From assembly GCF_009914755.1 (NCBI RefSeq), contig NC_060928.1: a stretch of 64,000 bases of DNA; one strand, 5' to 3'. The stretch comes from the human T2T-CHM13v2.0 reference genome, Homo sapiens. Positions 40,201 through 54,442 of this stretch are shown piece by piece; the first letter of the stretch is position 1, and every line of letters starts with the position of its first letter. The notes under the pieces are model-generated. The model was given only the letters and a program-made list of their open reading frames with translations. It did no database searches and was not told where the DNA came from. Made by a program: the position numbers and the translations under genes.

Positions 40201-41514
40201 ACATTCACTTTGATAGAGCAGGTTTGAAACACTCATTCTGTAGTATCTGGAAGTGGACATTTCAAGCGCTTTCAGGCCTATGGTGAGAAAGGAAATATCT
40301 TCGAATAAAAACTAGACAGAAGCATCCTCAGAAACTTATTTGTGATGTGTGTCCTCAACTAACAGAGTTGAAACTTTGTTTTGATACAGCATTTTGGAAA
40401 CACTCTTTTTGTAGAATCTGCAGGTGGATATTTGGATAGCTTAGAGGGATTCGTTGGAAAGGGGATATCTTCATATAAAATCTAGACAGAAGCATTCTCA
40501 GAAACTTATTTGTGATGTGTGTCCTCAACTAACAGAGTTGAACCTTGGTTTTGATACAGCATTTTGGAAACACTCCTTTTGTAGAATCTGCAGGTGGATA
40601 TGTGGATAGCTCTGAAGATTTCGTTGGAAACGGGAATTTCTTCATATAAAATCAAACAGAAGCATTCTCAGAAACTTCTCAGTGATGTTTGCATTCAGCT
40701 CATGGAGTTGAACACTTCCTTTCATAGAGCCGGTTTGAAACACTCTTTCTGCACTACCTGGAAGAGGACATTTCGAGCGCTTTGAGTCCTATGGTGAAAA
40801 AGGAAATATCTTCTCATAAAAACCAGAAAGAAGCATTCTCAGAAACTTCTTTGTGTTGTGTGTACTCATGTAACAGTGTTGAACCATCCTTTTGACAGAG
40901 CAGTTTTGAAACACTCTTTTTGTAGAATCTGCAAGTGGATATTTGGATAGCTTTGAGGATTTCGTTGGAAACGGGATGACATATAATATCTAGAGAGAAG
41001 CATACTCAGGAACTTCTTTGTGATGTTTGCATTCAAGTCACAGAATTGAACATTCCCTTTCATAGAGCAGGTTTGAAACACTCTTTCTCTAGTATCTGGA
41101 AGTGGGCATTTCAAGCGCTTTCAGGCCTATGGAGAGAAAGGAAATACCTTCAAATAAAAACTAGACAGAAGCATTCTCAGAAACTTATTTGTGATGTGTG
41201 TCCTCAACTAACAGAGTTGAACCTTTGTTTTGATACAGCATTTTGGAAACACTCCTTTTGTAGAATCTGCAGGTGGATATTTGGATAACTTTGAAGATTT
41301 CGTTGGAAACCGGAATATCTTCATATAAAATCAAGACAGAAGCATTCTCGGAAACATCTCTGTGATGTTTGCATTCAACTCAGTAGAGTTGAACACTTCC
41401 TTTCATAGAGCAGGTTTGAAACACTCTTTCTGCACTACCTGGAAGCGGACATTTCGAGCGCTTTGAGGCCTATGGTGAAAAAGGAAATATCTTCTCATAA
41501 AAACCAGAAAGAAG
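37266..41514 (+). repeat. HOR unit 12, 25-mer variant
   Basis: 4249 bp; extra 6-mer at 38968-39984. Confidence 0.95.
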
Positions 41515-44500
41515 CATTCTCAGAAACTTCTTTGTGTTGTGTGTACTCAAGTAACAGTGTTGAACCTTCCTTTTGACACAGCAGTTTTGAAACACTCTTT
41601 TGGTAGAATCTGCAAGTGGATATTTGGATAGCTTTGAGGATTTCGTTGGAAACGGGTTATCTTCATATAAAATCCAGACAGGAGCATTCTCAGAAACTTC
41701 TTTGTGCTGCATGTCCTCAATTCACAGAGCTGAACCTTTGTTTGGATACAGCATTTTGGAAACATTCCTTTAGTAGAATCTGCAAGTTGATATTTAGATA
41801 GCTTTGAAGATTTCGTTGGAAACGGGAATATCTTCATAGAAAATCTAGACGGAAGCATTCTCAGAAACTGCTTTGTGATGTTTGCATTCAAGTCACAGAG
41901 TTGAATATTCCCTTTTATAGAGTAGGTTTGAAACACTCTTTCGGCACTACCTGGAAGTGGATATTTCGAGCTCTTTGAGGCCTATGGTTAAAAGGAAATA
42001 TCTTCCCATAAAAACTAGACAGAAGCCGTCTCAGAAACTTGTTTGTGATGTGTGTATTCAACTACCAGAGTTGAACATTTCTGTTACAGAGCAATTTTAA
42101 AACACTCTTTTTGTGGAATCTGAAAGTGGATAATTGGATAGCTTTGTGGATTTCGTTGGAAACGGGATGACGTATAAAATCTAGAGAGAAGCATTCTCAG
42201 GAACTTCTTTGTGATGTTTGCATTCAAGTCACAGAATTGAACATTCCTTTTCATAGTGCAGGTTTGAAACACTCTTTCTGTAGTATCTGGAAGTGGACAT
42301 TTCAAGCGCTTTCAGGCCTACGGGGAGAAAGGAAATATCTTCAAATAAAAACTAGACAGAAGGATTCTCAGAAACTTATTTGTGATGTGTGTCCTAAACG
42401 AACACAGTTGAACCTTTGTTTTGATACAGCATTTTGGAAACACTCCTTTTGTAGGATCTGCAGGTGGATATTTGGATAGATTTTAAGATTTCGTTGGAAA
42501 CGGGAGTTTCTTCATAGAAACTCAAGACAGATGCATTCTCAGAAACATCTCTGTGATGTTTGCATTCCACTCATAGAGTTGAAAACTTCCTTTCATAGAG
42601 CAGGTTTGAAACACTCTTTTTGTAATATTTGGAAGTGGACATTTGCAGCGCTTTGAGGCCTATGGTGAAAAAGGAAATATCTTCTCATAAAAACCAGAAA
42701 CAAGCATTCTCAGAAACTTCTTTTTGATGTGTGTACTCAAGTAACAGAGTTGAACCTTCCTTTTGACACAGCAGTTTTGAAACAATCTTTTTGTAGAATC
42801 TGCAAGTGGATATTTGGATAGCTTTGAGGATTTCGTTGGAAACGGGATATCTTCATATAAAATCTAGACAGAAGCATTCTCAGAAACTTCTTTGTGCTGT
42901 ATGTCCTCAATTAACAGAGTTGAACCATTGCTTGGATACAGCATTTTGGAAACATTCCTTGAGTAGAATCTGCAAGTTGATATTTAGATAGATTTGAAGA
43001 TTTCGTTGGAAAAGGGAATATCTCCATATAAAATCTAGAGGGAAGCATTCTCAGAAACTGCTTTGTGATGTTTCCATTCAAGTCACAGAGTTGAATATTC
43101 CCTTTTATAGAGCACGTTTGAAACACTCTTTCTGCACTATCTGGAAGTGGACATTTCGAGCGCTTTGAGGCCTATGGTGAAAAAGGAAATATCTTCCCAT
43201 AAAAACTAGACAGAAGCATTCTCAGAAACTTGTTTGTGATGTGTGTATTCAACTAACAGAGTTGAACTTTTGTTTTTACAGAGCCGTTTTAAAACACTCT
43301 TTTTGTGGAATCAGAAAGTGGATATTCGGATGGCTCTGAGGATTTCGTTGGAAGCGGGATTACATATAAAATCTAGAGAGAAGCATTCTCAGGAACTTCT
43401 TTGTGATGTTTGCATTGAAGTCACAGAATTGAACATTCACTTTGATAGAGCAGGTTTGAAACACTCATTCTGTAGTATCTGGAAGTGGACATTTCAAGCG
43501 CTTTCAGGCCTATGGTGAGAAAGGAAATATCTTCGAATAAAAACTAGACAGAAGCATCCTCAGAAACTTATTTGTGATGTGTGTCCTCAACTAACAGAGT
43601 TGAACCTTGGTTTTGATACAGCATTTTGGAAACACTCTTTTTGTAGAATCTGCAGGTGGATATTTGGATAGCTTAGAGGGATTCGTTGGAAAGGGGATAT
43701 CTTCATATAAAATCTAGACAGAAGCATTCTCAGAAACTTATTTGTGATGTGTGTCCTCAACTAACAGAGTTGAACCTTGGTTTTGATACAGCATTTTGGA
43801 AACGCTCCTTTTGTAGAATCTGCAGGTGGATATGTGGATAGCTCTGAAGATTTCGTTGGAAACGGGAATTTCTTCATATAAAATCAAACAGAAGCATTCT
43901 CAGAAACTTCTCAGTGATGTTTGCATTCAGCTCATGGAGTTGAACACTTCCTTTCATAGAGCCGGTTTGAAACACTCTTTCTGCACTACCTGGAAGAGGA
44001 CATTTCGAGCGCTTTGAGTCCTATGGTGAAAAAGGAAATATCTTCTCATAAAAACCAGAAAGAAGCATTCTCAGAAACTTCTTTGTGTTGTGTGTACTCA
44101 TGTAACAGTGTTGAACCATCCTTTTGACAGAGCAGTTTTGAAACACTCTTTTTGTAGAATCTGCAAGTGGATATTTGGATAGCTTTGAGGATTTCGTTGG
44201 AAACGGGATGACATATAATATCTAGAGAGAAGCATTCTCAGGAACTTCTTTGTGATGTTTGCATTCAAGTCACAGAATTGAACATTCCCTTTCATAGAGC
44301 AGGTTTGAAACACTCTTTCTCTAGTATCTGGAAGTGGGCATTTCAAGCGCTTTCAGGCCTATGGAGAGAAAGGAAATACCTTCAAATAAAAACTAGACAG
44401 AAGCATTCTCAGAAACTTATTTGTGATGTGTGTCCTCAACTAACAGAGTTGAACCTTTGTTTTGATACAGCATTTTGGAAACACTCCTTTTGTAGAATCT

Positions 44501-44746
44501 GCAGGTGGATATTTGGATAACTTTGAAGATTTCGTTGGAAACCGGAATATCTTCATATAAAATCAAGACAGAAGCATTCTCGGAAACATCTCTGTGATGT
44601 TTGCATTCAACTCAGTAGAGTTGAACACTTCCTTTCATAGAGCCGGTTTGAAACACTCTTTCTGCACTACCTGGAAGCGGACATTTCGAGCGCTTTGAGG
44701 CCTATGGTGAAAAAGGAAATATCTTCTCATAAAAACCAGAAAGAAG
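41515..44746 (+). repeat. HOR unit 13, 19-mer (unit-8-like left part, X-like M13/14)
   Basis: 3232 bp; M9 ccttgagta and tagaggg, but M13 aaccttgg at 43605. Confidence 0.92.
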
Positions 44747-47700
44747 CATTCTCAGAAACTTCTTTGTGTTGTGTGTACTCAGGTAACAGTGTTGAACCTT
44801 CCTTTTGACACAGCAGTTTTGAAACACTCTTTTGGTAGAATCTGCAAGTGGATATTTGGATAGCTTTGAGGATTTCGTTGGAAACGGGTTATCTTCATAT
44901 AAAATCCAGACAGGAGCATTCTCAGAAACTTCTTTGTGCTGCATGTCCTCAATTCACAGAGCTGAACCTTTGTTTGGATACAGCATTTTGGAAACATTCC
45001 TTTAGTAGAATCTGCAAGTTGATATTTAGATAGCTTTGAAGATTTCGTTGGAAACGGGAATATCTTCATAGAAAATCTAGACGGAAGCATTCTCAGAAAC
45101 TGCTTTGTGATGTTTGCATTCAAGTCACAGAGTTGAATATTCCCTTTTATAGAGTAGGTTTGAAACACTCTTTCGGCACTAGCTGGAAGTGGATATTTCG
45201 AGCTCTTTGAGGCCTATGGTTAAAAGGAAATATCTTCCCATAAAAACTAGACAGAAGCCGTCTCAGAAACTTGTTTGTGATGTGTGTATTCAACTACCAG
45301 AGTTGAACATTTCTGTTACAGAGCAATTTTAAAACACTCTTTTTGTGGAATCTGAAAGTGGATAATTGGATAGCTTTGTGGATTTCGTTGGAAACGGGAT
45401 GACGTATAAAATCTAGAGAGAAGCATTCTCAGGAACTTCTTTCTGATGTTTGCATTCAAGTCACAGAATTGAACATTCCTTTTCATAGTGCAGGTTTGAA
45501 ACACTCTTTCTGTAGTATCTGGAAGTGGACATTTCAAGCGCTTTCAGGCCTACGGGGAGAAAGGAAATATCTTCAAATAAAAACTAGACAGAAGGATTCT
45601 CAGAAACTTATTTGTGATGTGTGTCCTAAACGAACACAGTTGAACCTTTGTTTTGATACAGCATTTTGGAAACACTCCTTTTGTAGGATCTGCAGGTGGA
45701 TATTTGGATAGATTTTAAGATTTCGTTGGAAACGGGAATTTCTTCATAGAAACTCAAGACAGATGCATTCTCAGAAACATCTCTGTGATGTTTGCATTCC
45801 ACTCATAGAGTTGAAAACTTCCTTTCATAGAGCAGGTTTGAAACACTCTTTTTGTAATATTTGGAAGTGGACATTTGCAGCGCTTCGAGGCCTATGGTGA
45901 AAAAGGAAATATCTTCTCATAAAAACCAGAAACAAGCATTCTCAGAAACTTCTTTTTGATGTGTGTACTCAAGTAACAGAGTTGAACCTTCCTTTTGACA
46001 CAGCAGTTTTGAAACAATCTTTTTGTAGAATCTGCAAGTGGATATTTGGATAGCTTTGAGGATTTCGTTGGAAACGGGATATCTTCATATAAAATCTAGA
46101 CAGAAGCATTCTCAGAAACTTCTTTGTGCTGTATGTCCTCAATTAACAGAGTTGAACCATTGCTTGGATACAGCATTTTGGAAACATTCCTTGAGTAGAA
46201 TCTGCAAGTTGATATTTAGATAGATTTGAAGATTTCGTTGGAAAAGGGAATATCTCCATATAAAATCTAGAGGGAAGCATTCTCAGAAACTGCTTTGTGA
46301 TGTTTCCATTCAAGTCACAGAGTTGAATATTCCCTTTTATAGAGCACGTTTGAAACACTCTTTCTGCACTATCTGGAAGTGGACATTTCGAGCGCTTTGA
46401 GGCCTATGGTGAAAAAGGAAATATCTTCCCATAAAAACTAGACAGAAGCATTCTCAGAAACTTGTTTGTGATGTGTGTATTCAACTAACAGAGTTGAACT
46501 TTTGTTTTTACAGAGCCGTTTTAAAACACTCTTTTTGTGGAATCAGAAAGTGGATATTCGGATGGCTCTGAGGATTTCGTTGGAAGCGGGATTACATATA
46601 AAATCTAGAGAGAAGCATTCTCAGGAACTTCTTTGTGATGTTTGCATTGAAGTCACAGAATTGAACATTCACTTTGATAGAGCAGGTTTGAAACACTCAT
46701 TCTGTAGTATCTGGAAGTGGACATTTCAAGCGCTTTCAGGCCTATGGTGAGAAAGGAAATATCTTCGAATAAAAACTAGACAGAAGCATCCTCAGAAACT
46801 TATTTGTGATGTGTGTCCTCAACTAACAGAGTTGAAACTTTGTTTTGATACAGCATTTTGGAAACACTCTTTTTGTAGAATCTGCAGGTGGATATTTGGA
46901 TAGCTTAGAGGGATTCGTTGGAAAGGGGATATCTTCATATAAAATCTAGACAGAAGCATTCTCAGAAACTTATTTGTGATGTGTGTCCTCAACTAACAGA
47001 GTTGAACCTTGGTTTTGATACAGCATTTTGGAAACACTCCTTTTGTAGAATCTGCAGGTGGATATGTGGATAGCTCTGAAGATTTCGTTGGAAACGGGAA
47101 TTTCTTCATATAAAATCAAACAGAAGCATTCTCAGAAACTTCTCAGTGATGTTTGCATTCAGCTCATGGAGTTGAACACTTCCTTTCATAGAGCCGGTTT
47201 GAAACACTCTTTCTGCACTACCTGGAAGAGGACATTTCGAGCGCTTTGAGTCCTATGGTGAAAAAGGAAATATCTTCTCATAAAAACCAGAAAGAAGCAT
47301 TCTCAGAAACTTCTTTGTGTTGTGTGTACTCATGTAACAGTGTTGAACCATCCTTTTGACAGAGCAGTTTTGAAACACTCTTTTTGTAGAATCTGCAAGT
47401 GGATATTTGGATAGCTTTGAGGATTTCGTTGGAAACGGGATGACATATAATATCTAGAGAGAAGCATTCTCAGGAACTTCTTTGTGATGTTTGCATTCAA
47501 GTCACAGAATTGAACATTCCCTTTCATAGAGCAGGTTTGAAACACTCTTTCTCTAGTATCTGGAAGTGGGCATTTCAAGCGCTTTCAGGCCTATGGAGAG
47601 AAAGGAAATACCTTCAAATAAAAACTAGACAGAAGCATTCTCAGAAACTTATTTGTGATGTGTGTCCTCAACTAACAGAGTTGAACCTTTGTTTTGATAC

Positions 47701-47978
47701 AGCATTTTGGAAACACTCCTTTTGTAGAATCTGCAGGTGGATATTTGGATAACTTTGAAGATTTCGTTGGAAACCGGAATATCTTCATATAAAATCAAGA
47801 CAGAAGCATTCTCGGAAACATCTCTGTGATGTTTGCATTCAACTCAGTAGAGTTGAACACTTCCTTTCATAGAGCCGGTTTGAAACACTCTTTCTGCACT
47901 ACCTGGAAGCGGACATTTCGAGCGCTTTGAGGCCTATGGTGAAAAAGGAAATATCTTCTCATAAAAACCAGAAAGAAG
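44747..47978 (+). repeat. HOR unit 14, 19-mer, haplotype Y
   Basis: 3232 bp; Y markers present. Confidence 0.93.
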
Positions 47979-50900
47979 CATTCTCAGAAACTTCTTTGTG
48001 TTGTGTGTACTCAAGTAACAGTGTTGAACCTTCCTTTTGACACAGCAGTTTTGAAACACTCTTTTGGTAGAATCTGCAAGTGGATATTTGGATAGCTTTG
48101 AGGATTTCGTTGGAAACGGGTTATCTTCATATAAAATCCAGACAGGAGCATTCTCAGAAACTTCTTTGTGCTGCATGTCCTCAATTCACAGAGCTGAACC
48201 TTTGTTTGGATACAGCATTTTGGAAACATTCCTTTAGTAGAATCTGCAAGTTGATATTTAGATAGCTTTGAAGATTTCGTTGGAAACGGGAATATCTTCA
48301 TAGAAAATCTAGACGGAAGCATTCTCAGAAACTGCTTTGTGATGTTTGCATTCAAGTCACAGAGTTGAATATTCCCTTTTATAGAGTAGGTTTGAAACAC
48401 TCTTTCGGCACTACCTGGAAGTGGATATTTCGAGCTCTTTGAGGCCTATGGTTAAAAGGAAATATCTTCCCATAAAAACTAGACAGAAGCCGTCTCAGAA
48501 ACTTGTTTGTGATGTGTGTATTCAACTACCAGAGTTGAACATTTCTGTTACAGAGCAATTTTAAAACACTCTTTTTGTGGAATCTGAAAGTGGATAATTG
48601 GATAGCTTTGTGGATTTCGTTGGAAACGGGATGACGTATAAAATCTAGAGAGAAGCATTCTCAGGAACTTCTTTGTGATGTTTGCATTCAAGTCACAGAA
48701 TTGAACATTCCTTTTCATAGTGCAGGTTTGAAACACTCTTTCTGTAGTATCTGGAAGTGGACATTTCAAGCGCTTTCAGGCCTACGGGGAGAAAGGAAAT
48801 ATCTTCAAATAAAAACTAGACAGAAGGATTCTCAGAAACTTATTTGTGATGTGTGTCCTAAACGAACACAGTTGAACCTTTGTTTTGATACAGCATTTTG
48901 GAAACACTCCTTTTGTAGGATCTGCAGGTGGATATTTGGATAGATTTTAAGATTTCGTTGGAAACGGGAGTTTCTTCATAGAAACTCAAGACAGATGCAT
49001 TCTCAGAAACATCTCTGTGATGTTTGCATTCCACTCATAGAGTTGAAAACTTCCTTTCATAGAGCAGGTTTGAAACACTCTTTTTGTAATATTTGGAAGT
49101 GGACATTTGCAGCGCTTTGAGGCCTATGGTGAAAAAGGAAATATCTTCTCATAAAAACCAGAAACAAGCATTCTCAGAAACTTCTTTTTGATGTGTGTAC
49201 TCAAGTAACAGAGTTGAACCTTCCTTTTGACACAGCAGTTTTGAAACAATCTTTTTGTAGAATCTGCAAGTGGATATTTGGATAGCTTTGAGGATTTCGT
49301 TGGAAACGGGATATCTTCATATAAAATCTAGACAGAAGCATTCTCAGAAACTTCTTTGTGCTGTATGTCCTCAATTAACAGAGTTGAACCATTGCTTGGA
49401 TACAGCATTTTGGAAACATTCCTTTAGTAGAATCTGCAAGTTGATATTGAGATAGATTTGAAGATTTCGTTGGAAAAGGGAATATCTCCATATAAAATCT
49501 AGACGGAAGCATTCTCAGAAACTGCTTTGTGATGTTTCCATTCAAGTCACAGAGTTGAATATTCCCTTTTATAGAGCACGTTTGAAACACTCTTTCTGCA
49601 CTATCTGGAAGTGGACATTTCGAGCGCTTTGAGGCCTATGGTGAAAAAGGAAATATCTTCCCATAAAAATTAGACAGAAGCATTCTCAGAAACTTGTTTG
49701 TGATGTGTGTATTCAACTAACAGAGTTGAACTTTTGTTTTTACAGAGCCGTTTTAAAACACTCTTTTTGTGGAATCAGAAAGTGGATATTCGGATGGCTC
49801 TGAGGATTTCGTTGGAAGCGGGATTACATATAAAATCTAGAGAGAAGCATTCTCAGGAACTTCTTTGTGATGTTTGCATTGAAGTCACAGAATTGAACAT
49901 TCACTTTGATAGAGCAGGTTTGAAACACTCATTCTGTAGTATCTGGAAGTGGACATTTCAAGCGCTTTCAGGCCTATGGTGAAAAAGGAAATATCTTCGA
50001 ATAAAAACTAGACAGAAGCATCCTCAGAAACTTATTTGTGATGTGTGTCCTCAACTAACAGAGTTGAACCTTGGTTTTGATACAGCATTTTGGAAACACT
50101 CTTTTTGTAGAATCTGCAGGTGGATATTTGGATAGCTTAGAGGGATTCGTTGGAAAGGGGATATCTTCATATAAAATCTAGACAGAAGCATTCTCAGAAA
50201 CTTATTTGTGATGTGTGTCCTCAACTAACAGAGTTGAACCTTGGTTTTGATACAGCATTTTGGAAACGCTCCTTTTGTAGAATCTGCAGGTGGATATGTG
50301 GATAGCTCTGAAGATTTCGTTGGAAACGGGAATTTCTTCATATAAAATCAAACAGAAGCATTCTCAGAAACTTCTCAGTGATGTTTGCATTCAGCTCATG
50401 GAGTTGAACACTTCCTTTCATAGAGCCGGTTTGAAACACTCTTTCTGCACTACCTGGAAGAGGACATTTCGAGCGCTTTGAGTCCTATGGTGAAAAAGGA
50501 AATATCTTCTCATAAAAACCAGAAAGAAGCATTCTCAGAAACTTCTTTGTGTTGTGTGTACTCATGTAACAGTGTTGAACCATCCTTTTGACAGAGCAGT
50601 TTTGAAACACTCTTTTTGTAGAATCTGCAAGTGGATATTTGGATAGCTTTGAGGATTTCGTTGGAAACGGGATGACATATAATATCTAGAGAGAAGCATT
50701 CTCAGGAACTTCTTTGTGATGTTTGCATTCAAGTCACAGAATTGAACATTCCCTTTCATAGAGCAGGTTTGAAACACTCTTTCTCTAGTATCTGGAAGTG
50801 GGCATTTCAAGCGCTTTCAGGCCTATGGAGAGAAAGGAAATACCTTCAAATAAAAACTAGACAGAAGCATTCTCAGAAACTTATTTGTGATGTGTGTCCT

Positions 50901-51210
50901 CAACTAACAGAGTTGAACCTTTGTTTTGATACAGCATTTTGGAAACACTCCTTTTGTAGAATCTGCAGGTGGATATTTGGATAACTTTGAAGATTTCGTT
51001 GGAAACCGGAATATCTTCATATAAAATCAAGACAGAAGCATTCTCGGAAACATCTCTGTGATGTTTGCATTCAACTCAGTAGAGTTGAACACTTCCTTTC
51101 ATAGAGCCGGTTTGAAACACTCTTTCTGCACTACCTGGAAGCGGACATTTCGAGCGCTTTGAGGCCTATGGTGAAAAAGGAAATATCTTCTCATAAAAAC
51201 CAGAAAGAAG
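47979..51210 (+). repeat. HOR unit 15, 19-mer, haplotype X
   Basis: 3232 bp; X markers in M9-M14, but M6 has ttttgatac unlike units 5 and 10. Confidence 0.92.
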
Positions 51211-54200
51211 CATTCTCAGAAACTTCTTTGTGTTGTGTGTACTCAGGTAACAGTGTTGAACCTTCCTTTTGACACAGCAGTTTTGAAACACTCTTTTGGT
51301 AGAATCTGCAAGTGGATATTTGGATAGCTTTGAGGATTTCGTTGGAAACGGGTTATCTTCATATAAAATCCAGACAGGAGCATTCTCAGAAACTTCTTTG
51401 TGCTGCATGTCCTCAATTCACAGAGCTGAACCTTTGTTTGGATACAGCATTTTGGAAACATTCCTTTAGTAGAATCTGCAAGTTGATATTTAGATAGCTT
51501 TGAAGATTTCGTTGGAAACGGGAATATCTTCATAGAAAATCTAGACGGAAGCATTCTCAGAAACTGCTTTGTGATGTTTGCATTCAAGTCACAGAGTTGA
51601 ATATTCCCTTTTATAGAGTAGGTTTGAAACACTCTTTCGGCACTAGCTGGAAGTGGATATTTCGAGCTCTTTGAGGCCTATGGTTAAAAGGAAATATCTT
51701 CCCATAAAAACTAGACAGAAGCCGTCTCAGAAACTTGTTTGTGATGTGTGTATTCAACTACCAGAGTTGAACATTTCTGTTACAGAGCAATTTTAAAACA
51801 CTCTTTTTGTGGAATCTGAAAGTGGATAATTGGATAGCTTTGTGGATTTCGTTGGAAACGGGATGACGTATAAAATCTAGAGAGAAGCATTCTCAGGAAC
51901 TTCTTTCTGATGTTTGCATTCAAGTCACAGAATTGAACATTCCTTTTCATAGTGCAGGTTTGAAACACTCTTTCTGTAGTATCTGGAAGTGGACATTTCA
52001 AGCGCTTTCAGGCCTACGGGGAGAAAGGAAATATCTTCAAATAAAAACTAGACAGAAGGATTCTCAGAAACTTATTTGTGATGTGTGTCCTAAACGAACA
52101 CAGTTGAACCTTTGTTTTGATACAGCATTTTGGAAACACTCCTTTTGTAGGATCTGCAGGTGGATATTTGGATAGATTTTAAGATTTCGTTGGAAACGGG
52201 AATTTCTTCATAGAAACTCAAGACAGATGCATTCTCAGAAACATCTCTGTGATGTTTGCATTCCACTCATAGAGTTGAAAACTTCCTTTCATAGAGCAGG
52301 TTTGAAACACTCTTTTTGTAATATTTGGAAGTGGACATTTGCAGCGCTTCGAGGCCTATGGTGAAAAAGGAAATATCTTCTCATAAAAACCAGAAACAAG
52401 CATTCTCAGAAACTTCTTTTTGATGTGTGTACTCAAGTAACAGAGTTGAACCTTCCTTTTGACACAGCAGTTTTGAAACAATCTTTTTGTAGAATCTGCA
52501 AGTGGATATTTGGATAGCTTTGAGGATTTCGTTGGAAACGGGATATCTTCATATAAAATCTAGACAGAAGCATTCTCAGAAACTTCTTTGTGCTGTATGT
52601 CCTCAATTAACAGAGTTGAACCATTGCTTGGATACAGCATTTTGGAAACATTCCTTGAGTAGAATCTGCAAGTTGATATTTAGATAGATTTGAAGATTTC
52701 GTTGGAAAAGGGAATATCTCCATATAAAATCTAGAGGGAAGCATTCTCAGAAACTGCTTTGTGATGTTTCCATTCAAGTCACAGAGTTGAATATTCCCTT
52801 TTATAGAGCACGTTTGAAACACTCTTTCTGCACTATCTGGAAGTGGACATTTCGAGCGCTTTGAGGCCTATGGTGAAAAAGGAAATATCTTCCCATAAAA
52901 ACTAGACAGAAGCATTCTCAGAAACTTGTTTGTGATGTGTGTATTCAACTAACAGAGTTGAACTTTTGTTTTTACAGAGCCGTTTTAAAACACTCTTTTT
53001 GTGGAATCAGAAAGTGGATATTCGGATGGCTCTGAGGATTTCGTTGGAAGCGGGATTACATATAAAATCTAGAGAGAAGCATTCTCAGGAACTTCTTTGT
53101 GATGTTTGCATTGAAGTCACAGAATTGAACATTCACTTTGATAGAGCAGGTTTGAAACACTCATTCTGTAGTATCTGGAAGTGGACATTTCAAGCGCTTT
53201 CAGGCCTATGGTGAGAAAGGAAATATCTTCGAATAAAAACTAGACAGAAGCATCCTCAGAAACTTATTTGTGATGTGTGTCCTCAACTAACAGAGTTGAA
53301 ACTTTGTTTTGATACAGCATTTTGGAAACACTCTTTTTGTAGAATCTGCAGGTGGATATTTGGATAGCTTAGAGGGATTCGTTGGAAAGGGGATATCTTC
53401 ATATAAAATCTAGACAGAAGCATTCTCAGAAACTTATTTGTGATGTGTGTCCTCAACTAACAGAGTTGAACCTTGGTTTTGATACAGCATTTTGGAAACA
53501 CTCCTTTTGTAGAATCTGCAGGTGGATATGTGGATAGCTCTGAAGATTTCGTTGGAAACGGGAATTTCTTCATATAAAATCAAACAGAAGCATTCTCAGA
53601 AACTTCTCAGTGATGTTTGCATTCAGCTCATGGAGTTGAACACTTCCTTTCATAGAGCCGGTTTGAAACACTCTTTCTGCACTACCTGGAAGAGGACATT
53701 TCGAGCGCTTTGAGTCCTATGGTGAAAAAGGAAATAATTTCTCATAAAAACCAGGAAGAAGCATTCTCAGAAACTTCTTTGTGTTGTGTGTACTCATGTA
53801 ACAGTGTTGAACCATCCTTTTGACAGAGCAGTTTTGAAACACTCTTTTTGTAGAATCTGCAAGTGGATATTTGGATAGCTTTGAGGATTTCGTTGGAAAC
53901 GGGATGACATATAATATCTAGAGAGAAGCATTCTCAGGAACTTCTTTGTGATGTTTGCATTCAAGTCACAGAATTGAACATTCCCTTTCATAGAGCAGGT
54001 TTGAAACACTCTTTCTCTAGTATCTGGAAGTGGGCATTTCAAGCGCTTTCAGGCCTATGGAGAGAAAGGAAATACCTTCAAATAAAAACTAGACAGAAGC
54101 ATTCTCAGAAACTTATTTGTGATGTGTGTCCTCAACTAACAGAGTTGAACCTTTGTTTTGATACAGCATTTTGGAAACACTCCTTTTGTAGAATCTGCAG

Positions 54201-54442
54201 GTGGATATTTGGATAACTTTGAAGATTTCGTTGGAAACCGGAATATCTTCATATAAAATCAAGACAGAAGCATTCTCGGAAACATCTCTGTGATGTTTGC
54301 ATTCAACTCAGTAGAGTTGAACACTTCCTTTCATAGAGCCGGTTTGAAACACTCTTTCTGCACTACCTGGAAGCGGACATTTCGAGCGCTTTGAGGCCTA
54401 TGGTGAAAAAGGAAATATCTTCTCATAAAAACCAGAAAGAAG
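51211..54442 (+). repeat. HOR unit 16, 19-mer, haplotype Y
   Basis: 3232 bp; Y markers; private mutation cluster at 53737-53755. Confidence 0.93.
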
